Source of the DNA: Candidatus Methylomirabilia bacterium
GTDB taxonomy: Bacteria; Methylomirabilota; Methylomirabilia; Rokubacteriales; CSP1-6
DNA: 64,000 nucleotides
Assembly (NCBI GenBank): GCA_041497895.1
Contig: JBGQHJ010000005.1
Coordinates: forward strand, 8,521-72,520
Reading direction: 5' to 3'
Shown piece by piece: positions 29,524 through 38,645 of the stretch (position 1 is its first letter; each line of letters begins with the position of its first letter). Position numbers and translations under genes: made by a program. The notes under the pieces are model-generated. The model searched no databases. It worked only from the letters and a program-made list of their open reading frames with translations, and was not told the origin of the DNA.

Positions 29524-30972
29524 CTAGCGCCGGCCGAGCGCGCGCTCCAGCCGCGCGATGGCGATCCGGTAGTCGGAGAGCGCCTGCGCCTGGTCGGACT
29601 GGGACTGGGTGAGGGCCAGCTGCGCGTCGGTGAGCTCGATGATGTTGGCCACCCCCGCGTCGAAGCGCCCCCGGGCGAGCTGGTAGTTCTCCTCCGCGGA
29701 CTCCACCGCCTTCTGGGCGGCCCCGATGCGCTCCTCGGCCTCCCCGAGATTGAGGTAGGACTGCTCCACGTTCTGCCAGACCTGCAGCTCGGTGTCGCGC
29801 ACCCGCGCGCGGGCCGCCTCCACGTTCGCCTTCGCTTCCTTGTAGCGGGCGATCTTGCCGCCGCCGTCGAAGATCGACCAGCTCAGCGTCAGGCCCACGT
29901 TCCACTGGTTGCCCGAGTCGATGAAGCCGTTGGTCGACGAGGAGCCGGACGCGGGGAATCCGGTGACGCCCGCCACCCCGTAGGTGCCGCTGCCGAAGAG
30001 GTTGGGGAAGAAGTCGCGGAACGTCTGGCGGACGGTGGCGTCCGCGGCGTCGGCCTGCGCCTTGACCTGGCGGTACTCCGGGCGATTCCGGAGCGCTTCG
30101 CCGATCAGGTCGTCGCGGTTGATCGGGAACTGGGTGTAGGAGAGCAGGTCCTTGACCTCGGTCGGCGCGTTGACCGCGATGCCCATCGCCGCGTTCAGGG
30201 CCACCCGCGCGAGGTTCACCGCGTTCTGGGCCCGGATGACGTTGACCCGCGCGTTGGCCACGTCGACCTCGGCGCGCGTGACGAAGCTCTTGGGCTGGGT
30301 GCCGACCTGGAAGAAGCCCTGGGCGCTCCGGAGGTTGACCTCGGCCCGATCGAGCGCGGCCAGGTTCACCTGCACGAGGCGCTTGGAGAGGAGCAGCGTG
30401 AAGTACTGCGTCTTCACGAGCTGGGAGATGTCGAGCTTCTGCGACTCGAGCACTTCCTTGAGCGCGGCCGCGTTGGACTTTGCCGCGTCCTTGGCCGCCC
30501 ACGTCCGTCCGAAGTCGAACAGGAGCTGCGAGGCGGTGATGCTCGCCGACCCGAAGTCTCCCGTCGACGAGTCGCCGCTGATCGTGCTGAGCCCGCGCAG
30601 TCGCCCGTAGCTGCCCGACCCGGTGAGCTGCGGGAGGAGCGGGGCCAGGGCCTGGTTGACCCGCTGCTGGGCCGCGACGTAGTCGCCGATGCGGGCCACG
30701 ATCAGCGGGGCGTTCTCGAGGCCGATGTTGACCGCCTCCTCGAGGCCGAGCTCGCGCCCCACCAGCTCCTGGGGCGTGGCGAACGGGCGGATGCCGGGCG
30801 GCGGGGGCAGGGGCTCGCGCGGCGGCATCGACGGTGGCGTGGGCATCACCGCGGGCGGAGGGGCGGCCGGCGGAAGGGGTGTCGTCGGCGGCGTCTGGGC
30901 CGGGACCGCGGACGGCAGCAGCCCCAGGGTCAGGACCAGCGCCAGGGACAGAGTGAATCGCTCCCGCATCAT
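29524..30972 (-). CDS. TolC-family outer-membrane efflux protein
   Basis: Signal peptide, Pro-rich linker, two OEP repeats (LLFDFG, IFDGG); GGGAGA RBS. Confidence 0.92.
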   Translation of the reverse strand: MMRERFTLSLALVLTLGLLPSAVPAQTPPTTPLPPAAPPPAVMPTPPSMPPREPLPPPPGIRPFATPQELVGRELGLEEAVNIGLENAPLIVARIGDYVAAQQRVNQALAPLLPQLTGSGSYGRLRGLSTISGDSSTGDFGSASITASQLLFDFGRTWAAKDAAKSNAAALKEVLESQKLDISQLVKTQYFTLLLSKRLVQVNLAALDRAEVNLRSAQGFFQVGTQPKSFVTRAEVDVANARVNVIRAQNAVNLARVALNAAMGIAVNAPTEVKDLLSYTQFPINRDDLIGEALRNRPEYRQVKAQADAADATVRQTFRDFFPNLFGSGTYGVAGVTGFPASGSSSTNGFIDSGNQWNVGLTLSWSIFDGGGKIARYKEAKANVEAARARVRDTELQVWQNVEQSYLNLGEAEERIGAAQKAVESAEENYQLARGRFDAGVANIIELTDAQLALTQSQSDQAQALSDYRIAIARLERALGRR

Positions 30973-31235
30973 GCCGGATCTCCCTGCAGCACGAGCCCGC
31001 CCGCCGCGGCCTGGACCCGGCGCGGGAGGCGCTCCTCGAGCATCACGTGAAGCGTGGGGACAAGCGAAGCCCATCTAGAGACGTCGGATCGAGCCGAGTA
31101 TTCGCGAGGGATGGGATCGACCGCCATCTGGACCGAAGCCGGGGGCAGCGGCGAGTTCGGGAAGCCCTCCTCCGGGTCCTGGCCGGCTGGGGAGGCGCAT
31201 GGCGAGAATCCGCGTGGAGAAGTCAATTCCGCCCA

Positions 31236-31263
31236 ATTGTAAGGACCTTTGGACTGTAGTCAA
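31236..31263 (-). promoter_or_regulatory. Sigma70-type promoter facing the tolC-macA-macB operon
   Basis: Minus-strand TTGACT-16 nt-TACAAT in an AT-rich patch. Confidence 0.6.
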
Positions 31264-31345
31264 GTTTGTGAGATAGTCCGGTGGGTACCCCATGCGCGGG
31301 AGGTGTTCCGTCACCGGATACCAGGGGAGGGGTAAGCGAGAAGCC

Positions 31346-34300
31346 ATGCCGTCCATGACCCGACCATCCAAGGGGGGCCGCTGGTCCGAGCCCGCCCTGC
31401 GCGTTCTCCGCGAGCGGTACCTGGCCCGCGAGCAGGGGCAGGTGCGCGAGACCCCCGAGGAGATGTGCTGGCGGGTGGCCCTGGCCATCGCCTCCGCGGA
31501 GACCCGCTTCGGCCGCAGCGAGGCCGCGGTCTCGGAGGTGGCGGCCGCCTTCTACGACATGATGGTGGACGGCTACTTCCTGCCCAACTCCCCCACGCTC
31601 ATGAACGCGGGCAAGGACAACCCGCTCCAGTACTCGGCCTGCTACGTCCTGCCGGTGGGCGACTCGATGGAGGAGATCTTCGAGTCGGTGAAGGCGGCCG
31701 CGATCATCCAGCAGTCGGGCGGCGGCACCGGCTTCGCCTTCTCGCGCCTGCGGCCCAAGGACGACGTGGTGCACTCGACGGGCGGGCGGGCGTCCGGCCC
31801 GGTGTCGTTCCTGCGCGTGTTCAACGCGGCCACCGAGGCGGTCAAGCAGGGGGGCACGCGGCGCGGGGCGAACATGGGGATCCTGCGCGTCGATCACCCC
31901 GACGTGCTCGAGTTCATCGAGTGCAAGCTCGACGGCGGCATCACCAACTTCAACATCTCGGTGGCCGCCACCGACGCGTTCATGGAGGCCCTCGCCGCCG
32001 ACGGCGAGTACGACCTCATCAACCCGCGCACCGGGCAGGTCACCGGGCGGCTGCGGGCGCGCGAGGTCTTCGGGCGCATCGTCCGCGCCGCGTGGCGCAC
32101 CGGCGATCCGGGAATGGTCTTCATCGACCGCATCAATCGGAGCCCGGCCAATCCCACGCCGGATCTCGGGCTGATCGAGGCGACGAATCCCTGCATCGCC
32201 GGTGACGCGCTCGTCTCCACCGATCGCGGGCTGCTGCGGATGGAGCGGGTCGCGACCCGCTTCGGGGCCGGTGGCGTCGCGGTGAAGGTGGACCCGCGCC
32301 TGCTCCCCTCGCGGCTCATGGTGTGGGAGGGGACGCACGACGTGCCGCTCTCGGCCTACGGCGAGGGTTGCCTGCCCATCAGCCAGGCCTTCTGCTCGGG
32401 CGAGCGCGAGACCGTGACGGTCCGGACCGCGGCGGGCTACGAGCTCACGTGCACGCCCGACCACCGGCTGATGACCGACCGCGGCTGGGTCCTGGCCGGC
32501 GACCTCCGCGTGGCGGTCGACCGCGCGTGGGTCCAGAGCGACCCGGGCGCCTTCGCCGATGACGACGCGCTTCCGGTCGCGACGCCGGCCGAGTTCACCG
32601 GGCGCAACGGTCGCCGATACCGCCACCCGCTGCCGACCCGCTGGAGCGCCGATCTCGGCTTCGTGCTCGGCTGGCTCGTGGGCGACGGATGGCTCCGGGC
32701 GGGGGATGCCAGGTATCCGCGGGTCGGCTTCACGTTCGGCCCGGAGGACACCGCCGCTTTCGAGCGCATCGCCTCGGTGGTGGACGGCTGGCACGGGCGT
32801 CGGTCGAAGGTGTGGGCGCGCGCCCGCGGCGTCCGCCACCTCATGTATCCCGGCAAGTTCTTCGCCGCCTTCTTCGAGGCTCTCGGAGCACGGCCGGTGA
32901 AGGCCGGCCGCAAGACCGTGCCCGAGACGCTCTTCGCGGCCTCCCGCCCGGCGGTGGTCGGCTTCCTCCAGGGGCTCTTCTCGGCCGACGGCACGGTGCG
33001 GGAGAACCCCAAGGCCAACAGCTCCTGGATCGCGCTCACGTCCAAGAGCCGGGAGCTGTTGCGCGGCGTGCAGCTCCTGCTCCTGAACCTGGGGATCAAG
33101 AGCAGCGTGATGGACCGGTCGCGCCCCGCCCGTCACGGCCTCTTCGGCTACCGGGCCAAGGACGGCGGCCTGCGCTCGTACGGGTCCGACGGCGTGCTCT
33201 TCGAGCTGGGGATCTTCGGCCGCTCCCGGTCGCGTTTCCTGCGCGAGGTCGGCTTCCTCAACGACAAGCAGCGGCGCCTCGAGCCGGTCCGCTACGCCGG
33301 CTCGTACGTCCAGAAGTGGAGCGACGTGGTGGTCGCGCTGGAGCCGGCCGGTCCGCGCCCGGTCTACGACCTGACCGAGCCGCAGAGCCACTCCATGATC
33401 GCCAACGGTCTCGTCGTCCACCAATGCGGCGAGCAACCGCTTTTGCCCAACGACGCGTGCAACCTGGGCTCGATCAACGTGGCCAAGTTCGCGGTCGAGC
33501 GGTCGGGGCAGTGGGAGATCGACTGGAGCGAGCTCGAGCGGGTGGTGCGCCTGGCGGGGCGCTTCCTCGACGACGTCATCGAGGTGAACCCGTATCCGCT
33601 GCCGCAGGTCGACGAGATGGTGAAGGCCAACCGGCGCGTCGGCCTCGGCATCATGGGCTGGGCCGATCTCCTGTTCACCCTCGGGATTCCCTACGACGGC
33701 GAGGAGGCCCTCGAGCTGGCCGAGCGGCTCATGGCCTTCGTCAACGACAAGGGGCATGACCAGTCCGCGCGCCTGGCCGAGGAGCGCGGGCCCTTCCCGC
33801 ACTGGGCCCGCTCGATCTACCGGCACGGCCGGCCGCTCCGCAACGCCACCGTGACCACCATCGCGCCGACCGGGACCATCTCGATGATCGCGGGCTGCTC
33901 GTCCGGGATCGAGCCGGTCTTCGCGCTGGCGTTCGAGCACCGGGTGAAGGGGCCGGACGGCGAGCGGGTGCTGCCGTTCTTCAGCGAGACGTTCGAGCGC
34001 CTGGCCCGCCGCCACGGCTTCCACTCGGAGTCCCTGATGGCCGAGGTGGCGCGGCGCGGCTCGCTGCGGGAGGTGCCGGGGGTGCCCGAGGCCGCCCGCG
34101 CGATCTTCAAGACCGCGCACGAGATCGACGCGATCTGGCACGTGCGCCACCAGGCCGCGTTCCAAAAGCACACCGACAACGGGGTCTCGAAGACGATCAA
34201 CCTCCCGGAGAGCGCGACCGAGGAGGACGTGGCCGCCGCCTACCGCATGGCGTGGGACCTGGGCTGCCTCGGCATCACCGTGTTCCGCGACGGCTCCAAG

Positions 34301-34855
34301 GGCGGCCAGGTGCTGAACGTGGGCCTGCGGCGCGACGGCCACGCGGGCGACACCGCCGCGCGCGGCGTGAAGCCGCGCCCGCACAGCCTCACCGGGGCCA
34401 CGTACCGGATGGAGACGCCGATCGGCACCGCGTTCATCACCGTCAACGACAACGGTGGCGGCGAGCCCTTCGAGGTCTTCGTGCAGGTGGGCAAGGCCGG
34501 CTCGGACACCATGGCGGTCGCGGAGGCCCTCGGCCGCCTGGTGTCGCTCGTCCTCCGCCTGCCCTCGCCGCTCACGCCGCGTCGGCGGCTGGAGGAGGCG
34601 ATCAGCCAGCTCCTGCGCATCGGGGGCGGGCAGCCCACCGGCTTCGGCGCGGCCAAGGTCCTGTCGCTGCCCGACGCGCTGGCCCGGACCCTGGCCGAGC
34701 ACATCGGCGCCCCGCGGGCCTCGGCGCCGGCGGAGGCGCCGGCGGTGAGCCCGCTCCGCCGCGTGGGCGATCTCTGCCGCGAGTGCGGCCAGGCCACCCT
34801 CGTCTACGAGGAGGGCTGCAAGAAGTGTCTCTCCTGCGGCTTCAACGAGTGCTAG
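31346..34855 (+). CDS. nrdJ: Adenosylcobalamin-dependent (class II) ribonucleotide reductase, intein-containing
   Basis: PNSPTLMNAG, SACYV, RRGANMG, TNP[intein]CGEQ, APTGT, SKTIN; C-terminal TSCPD-like domain and CxxC..CxxCxxC..C; no R2 gene adjacent. Confidence 0.93.
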   Translation: MPSMTRPSKGGRWSEPALRVLRERYLAREQGQVRETPEEMCWRVALAIASAETRFGRSEAAVSEVAAAFYDMMVDGYFLPNSPTLMNAGKDNPLQYSACYVLPVGDSMEEIFESVKAAAIIQQSGGGTGFAFSRLRPKDDVVHSTGGRASGPVSFLRVFNAATEAVKQGGTRRGANMGILRVDHPDVLEFIECKLDGGITNFNISVAATDAFMEALAADGEYDLINPRTGQVTGRLRAREVFGRIVRAAWRTGDPGMVFIDRINRSPANPTPDLGLIEATNPCIAGDALVSTDRGLLRMERVATRFGAGGVAVKVDPRLLPSRLMVWEGTHDVPLSAYGEGCLPISQAFCSGERETVTVRTAAGYELTCTPDHRLMTDRGWVLAGDLRVAVDRAWVQSDPGAFADDDALPVATPAEFTGRNGRRYRHPLPTRWSADLGFVLGWLVGDGWLRAGDARYPRVGFTFGPEDTAAFERIASVVDGWHGRRSKVWARARGVRHLMYPGKFFAAFFEALGARPVKAGRKTVPETLFAASRPAVVGFLQGLFSADGTVRENPKANSSWIALTSKSRELLRGVQLLLLNLGIKSSVMDRSRPARHGLFGYRAKDGGLRSYGSDGVLFELGIFGRSRSRFLREVGFLNDKQRRLEPVRYAGSYVQKWSDVVVALEPAGPRPVYDLTEPQSHSMIANGLVVHQCGEQPLLPNDACNLGSINVAKFAVERSGQWEIDWSELERVVRLAGRFLDDVIEVNPYPLPQVDEMVKANRRVGLGIMGWADLLFTLGIPYDGEEALELAERLMAFVNDKGHDQSARLAEERGPFPHWARSIYRHGRPLRNATVTTIAPTGTISMIAGCSSGIEPVFALAFEHRVKGPDGERVLPFFSETFERLARRHGFHSESLMAEVARRGSLREVPGVPEAARAIFKTAHEIDAIWHVRHQAAFQKHTDNGVSKTINLPESATEEDVAAAYRMAWDLGCLGITVFRDGSKGGQVLNVGLRRDGHAGDTAARGVKPRPHSLTGATYRMETPIGTAFITVNDNGGGEPFEVFVQVGKAGSDTMAVAEALGRLVSLVLRLPSPLTPRRRLEEAISQLLRIGGGQPTGFGAAKVLSLPDALARTLAEHIGAPRASAPAEAPAVSPLRRVGDLCRECGQATLVYEEGCKKCLSCGFNEC
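32192..33424 (+). mobile_element. Intein (411 aa) with LAGLIDADG homing endonuclease and C-terminal His-Gln
   Basis: Block A CIAGDALV, block B CTPDH, LGWLVGDG and LQGLFSADG, block F VYDL, block G NGLVVHQ/C. Confidence 0.93.
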
Positions 34856-34864
34856 GGGGCGACC

Positions 34865-35182
34865 ATGTTCTCCGGCGGTGAGTACGAGGAAGTGGCGCGG
34901 TGGCTCCGGAACTTCGTGGCCTCGCACGCCAAGCGCGAGAACCTGCGCGCCGAGCCGGTGGTGGAGGCCGAGGGCGCGCGCGAGGGGCAGAGCTACGGCG
35001 TGCGCTTGCGCCTGGGCGGAGGCCTGAGCCCGGCGCCTCCCGCTCCGCCCCTCGAGCTGGGCTTCCCGGAAGTGGCGCAGAACCGGGGGAGCCTCGCGTG
35101 GTGCGCCGGGCTCGCGGCGCGCGTGCGCGCGCTCGCGCGCGAGCTGCCCGCGGCCGGGTCGGGCCCGCTCCGTACCGCCTGA
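34865..35182 (+). CDS. Hypothetical protein downstream of nrdJ
   Basis: ATG 9 nt after the nrdJ stop; typical codon bias. Confidence 0.65.
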   Translation: MFSGGEYEEVARWLRNFVASHAKRENLRAEPVVEAEGAREGQSYGVRLRLGGGLSPAPPAPPLELGFPEVAQNRGSLAWCAGLAARVRALARELPAAGSGPLRTA

Positions 35183-35185
35183 GCG

Positions 35186-36721
35186 GTGAGGACGGCGCCG
35201 GCCGTCCGCTGGTGGGCCCCCGGCGACTGGAACGCGTTCTTCGGGCTCGCGATCGACAACCTGAGCCTGTTCGTCATCCTCTCCGGCCTGTTGATCGGGG
35301 TCTTCGGATTTCCCTCCGACCTGGTGCTGCGCGTGATGGTTCCGGGGACCGCGCTCGGGGTGCTGATCGGGGACCTCGCCTACACGTGGCTCGCGGTTCG
35401 GCTCATGCGGCGCACCGGGCGGAGCGACGTCACCGCGATGCCCTTCGGCATCGACACCCCGTCGCTGTTCGGCATGGTCTTCGGGGTGCTCGGGCCGGCC
35501 ATGCTCCTCACGCGGGATCCGATCCTCGCCTGGAAGATCGGCATGGGCGTGACGGTGGCGATGGGGGTGATCAAGCTCGGGCTCGCGTTCGCGGGGGAGT
35601 GGGTGCGCCGCCTGGTGCCCCGGGCCGCGCTGCTCGGCTCCATCGCCGGCGTGGCGGTGCTGCTGATCGCGTTCCTGCCCGCTCTGCGGATCTTCGCCGA
35701 CCCGCTGGTGGGCGTGGTCTCGCTCACCGTGGTGCTGGTGGCGCTGGTAGGCGGCCGCCGGCTGCCGGGGGGCGTGCCGGGCGCGCTCGCCGCGGTGCTG
35801 GCGGGGAGCGCGATCTTCTGGGCCCGCTGGGCCCTCACCGCCGTCGCGGGCACGGCCCCGCACCCGGTCCTGGCGCTGGGCACTCTCGGCCTCGCGCTGC
35901 CGGTGCCCACGCTCGCGTGGCTCGACGCGCTCGACGCGCTGCTGCCGTACCTGCCGCTCGCGGTGCCGTTCGCGCTCGCCACCGTGGTGGGCGGCATCGA
36001 CAACACCGAGTCGGCGATCGTGGCGGGCGACGAGTACCGCACGCGCGACATCCTGCTCACCGAGGCGCTGGCCACCATCGCGGCGGGCTGCTGCGGCGGC
36101 GTGGTCCAGAACACGCCGTACATCGGCCACCCGGCCTACAAGGCGATGGGCGCGCGCGCCGGCTACACGCTCGCCACCGGGCTGCTGATCGGCGTCGGGG
36201 CCGCCGTCGGCGTCGTCGCGCTGCTGGTGCGCCTGCTGCCCGACGCGGCGGTCGCGCCGATCCTGGTCTTCGTGGGCCTGCAGATCACCGCGCAGGCCTT
36301 CATCGCGTCTCCCGCGCGGCACGCCCCCGCGGTGGCGCTGGCCTTCCTCCCGGCGGTGGCCGCGCTCGTGCTCATCCAGGGGAACATGCTGCTGGGTGGC
36401 GTCGGCAAGAGCGCGGCCGACCTCGCGGGCGAGGGACGCGCGATGTGGAGCGCGCTGCTGGTGCTGGGCAACGGCTTCATCCTGACCGCGCTCCTGTGGG
36501 GGGCCGCGCTGGTCGCGATCATCGAGCGGCGGCTGCCGGTCGCGGGAGCGGTGCTGGCGATCGCGGCGGTGGCGACGCTCTTCGGCCTGATCCACTCGCC
36601 GCTGCCCGACGGGGCCGTCTTCTGGCCGTGGGCGGTCGAGAGCAGCGCGCCGCACACGCTGGCCGCGGCCTACGGGGTGGCGGGAGCGCTGCTGGTGCTG
36701 CTCGGCGGGGGGGATTCCTAG
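35186..36721 (+). CDS. Nucleobase:cation symporter-2 (xanthine/uracil/AzgA-like) permease
   Basis: GDWNAFFGL, TAMPFG, ESA..AGD.Y, YIGHPAYKAMGAR; many TM segments. Confidence 0.8.
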   Translation: MRTAPAVRWWAPGDWNAFFGLAIDNLSLFVILSGLLIGVFGFPSDLVLRVMVPGTALGVLIGDLAYTWLAVRLMRRTGRSDVTAMPFGIDTPSLFGMVFGVLGPAMLLTRDPILAWKIGMGVTVAMGVIKLGLAFAGEWVRRLVPRAALLGSIAGVAVLLIAFLPALRIFADPLVGVVSLTVVLVALVGGRRLPGGVPGALAAVLAGSAIFWARWALTAVAGTAPHPVLALGTLGLALPVPTLAWLDALDALLPYLPLAVPFALATVVGGIDNTESAIVAGDEYRTRDILLTEALATIAAGCCGGVVQNTPYIGHPAYKAMGARAGYTLATGLLIGVGAAVGVVALLVRLLPDAAVAPILVFVGLQITAQAFIASPARHAPAVALAFLPAVAALVLIQGNMLLGGVGKSAADLAGEGRAMWSALLVLGNGFILTALLWGAALVAIIERRLPVAGAVLAIAAVATLFGLIHSPLPDGAVFWPWAVESSAPHTLAAAYGVAGALLVLLGGGDS

Positions 36722-38043
36722 CCGCGGAGCTGTTCGAGCATCTCGCGGTCGCTCGCGAACTTGAACTCCTCGACCTTGTCGGCCGAGGCCCTCGCGCGCT
36801 CGGCCGCCTCGAGACGCTGCACCGCCGGGTAGTCCACCACCACCGCGCCCCGCTCGGCGAGGGTCCGCCGCAGGGCCTCGACCGCGCGCTCCGCTTCCGC
36901 GAGCGGCCGCTTCGGGCGCCCGGCCAGGAAGGCGGCCACGTGCTTGATCCCGGTCTCGGCGTCGAGCCGCGCGCGGCCGACCACGCCGTCGCTGGCCTTG
37001 CGCGCCCACCCGACCACGTAGACGCCGTGCCGCGCCTTGCCCGCGGTCTCGTCCAGGACCTGGTACGGCGCGGCGGGATCGTCGCCGGGCACGGTCAGGT
37101 AGAGCCCGTCGCGGTAGGGGAGCCCCGCGTGCTCGTCGACCCGGTCGCCGACCGCGAACACCACGGTGTCGCACGGGATCACCGACGTGAGCCCGGTGGC
37201 CACCGCTGCGACGCGGTCGCCCTTGCGCTCGAGCCGGGTCTCCTCCACCTCGAGCCCGACCACGCGTCCGCCCTCGGCGATCACGCGCCGGGGCGAGGCC
37301 AGGAAGCGGAAGCGCAGGCGCGTGCGCGCTCTCGGCGAGGGCTCGCCCCGCGCGGCCAGCGCGGCGAGCAGGCCGTCGGCGCTCTGCCCGGCCGCCTCGA
37401 GCCGCGGCCGGACGCGCTCGAGCTCTTCCCGGTAGAGCGCGTGGTCGAAGGCGTCCTCGACGTCCTCGAACTCGCGGTCGTCGTACGCCTTCTCGTAGGG
37501 TCCGCGGCGCGCCACCGCGATCACCTCGTCGACGTCGCAGAAGTGGGCGCAGTAGTTCGCGATGTCGACCATCACGTTGCCGACCCCGACGATGGCCACG
37601 CGCCGGCCCATCGGGAAGGGCCGCTCGCTGAAGGGCGGCAGCCGATTGTAGTGATACACGAGGTCCTTGGCGTGATACACGGAGGCCAGCCGCTCGCCCT
37701 CGATGCCGAGGTACTTGGTGCCCTGCGCGCCGATGGCGAATACGAGGGCGTCGAAGCCCATCCCGGCCAGGTCCTGCACCGTGAGGTCGCCGCCCTGCGC
37801 GACGGTCACGTGGCCCAGGTAGGTCACGCGCGGATCGCTCAGGATCTTCTGGAACTGGCGGCGCAGGCCGCCCTTCATCTTGTATTTGTTGAGGAAGATG
37901 CCGTACTCGGCGAGGCCGCCCGGCTTGACGTCGCGGTTGATCAGGACCACGCGCGAGCCCAGCGCGGCCAGCGCGCGGGTGGCGAAGAGACCGGCCGGGC
38001 CCGCACCGATCACCGCTACGAGATGGGCTTGTTCGTCCGCCAT
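36718..38043 (-). CDS. FAD/NADP-dependent oxidoreductase (ferredoxin-NADP reductase, FprA/adrenodoxin reductase-like)
   Basis: GAGPAG, GGLAEYG, GVGNV, RRGP, YVVGW. Confidence 0.85.
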   Translation of the reverse strand: MADEQAHLVAVIGAGPAGLFATRALAALGSRVVLINRDVKPGGLAEYGIFLNKYKMKGGLRRQFQKILSDPRVTYLGHVTVAQGGDLTVQDLAGMGFDALVFAIGAQGTKYLGIEGERLASVYHAKDLVYHYNRLPPFSERPFPMGRRVAIVGVGNVMVDIANYCAHFCDVDEVIAVARRGPYEKAYDDREFEDVEDAFDHALYREELERVRPRLEAAGQSADGLLAALAARGEPSPRARTRLRFRFLASPRRVIAEGGRVVGLEVEETRLERKGDRVAAVATGLTSVIPCDTVVFAVGDRVDEHAGLPYRDGLYLTVPGDDPAAPYQVLDETAGKARHGVYVVGWARKASDGVVGRARLDAETGIKHVAAFLAGRPKRPLAEAERAVEALRRTLAERGAVVVDYPAVQRLEAAERARASADKVEEFKFASDREMLEQLRG

Positions 38044-38206
38044 CTTGGCTCGTGACGATAGCACACGGTCTCGGCGGGAACCGGTGAAATACCTTGACCC
38101 CTCGACGAGGGCGGGTGTTAAATGAATCTGCCTTTCGTCAATGATGACAGGGCGATACCCGCAACACCGCCGGCCCGCTCACCGGGACCGATCAAAGGAG
38201 GATTCG

Positions 38207-38629
38207 ATGGCCATCTCGCTTGCCGCCCGCATCGGTGGGCTCGCTCTCGGCGCCGTCGCGCTACTCGTGCTGGGGGCCGGCGGTGCGCCGCCCGCCCACG
38301 CCCAGGCGCCCTGGGTCGCGCCCGCCTCCGAGAAGGCGAAGAAGAACTTGCTCCCGAGCGACAAGAAGACGGTCGAGCAGGGCGAGAAGATCGCCAAGGT
38401 CAACTGCGTCTCCTGTCACGGGAGCAAGGGCAAGGGCGACGGCGCCGCGGCGGCCGCGCTCAATCCCAAGCCCGCCGACTGGACGTCCAAGCGCGTGCAG
38501 GACGAGTCGGACGGGGAGATCTTCTGGAAGATCACCACCGGGCGAGGCGCCATGCCGTCGTGGCGGCACCTGCCCGACAACGACCGCTGGGCGGTCGTCC
38601 GCTACATCCGCACGCTCGCGGGGAAGTGA
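38207..38629 (+). CDS. Periplasmic monoheme cytochrome c
   Basis: Signal peptide, CVSCH, distal AMP Met; AAGGAGG RBS. Confidence 0.93.
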   Translation: MAISLAARIGGLALGAVALLVLGAGGAPPAHAQAPWVAPASEKAKKNLLPSDKKTVEQGEKIAKVNCVSCHGSKGKGDGAAAAALNPKPADWTSKRVQDESDGEIFWKITTGRGAMPSWRHLPDNDRWAVVRYIRTLAGK

Positions 38630-38645
38630 TCCGGAGGACGAAGCG

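Noticed and set aside
31264..31345. NrdR boxes or cobalamin riboswitch upstream of nrdJ
   Set aside because: No match by eye to the acaCwAtATaTwGtgt consensus or to B12-box motifs
31223..37174. 1983-aa minus-strand ORF and many other long antisense or off-frame ORFs
   Set aside because: Shadow ORFs of high-GC genes: Arg/Gly/Pro-rich, no motifs, and overlapping well-supported genes
38044..38206. Riboswitch or dif site (TGTTAAAT at about 38115) upstream of the cytochrome c gene
   Set aside because: Only part of the XerD arm matches and there is no XerC arm; no recognisable riboswitch consensus; more likely a promoter region
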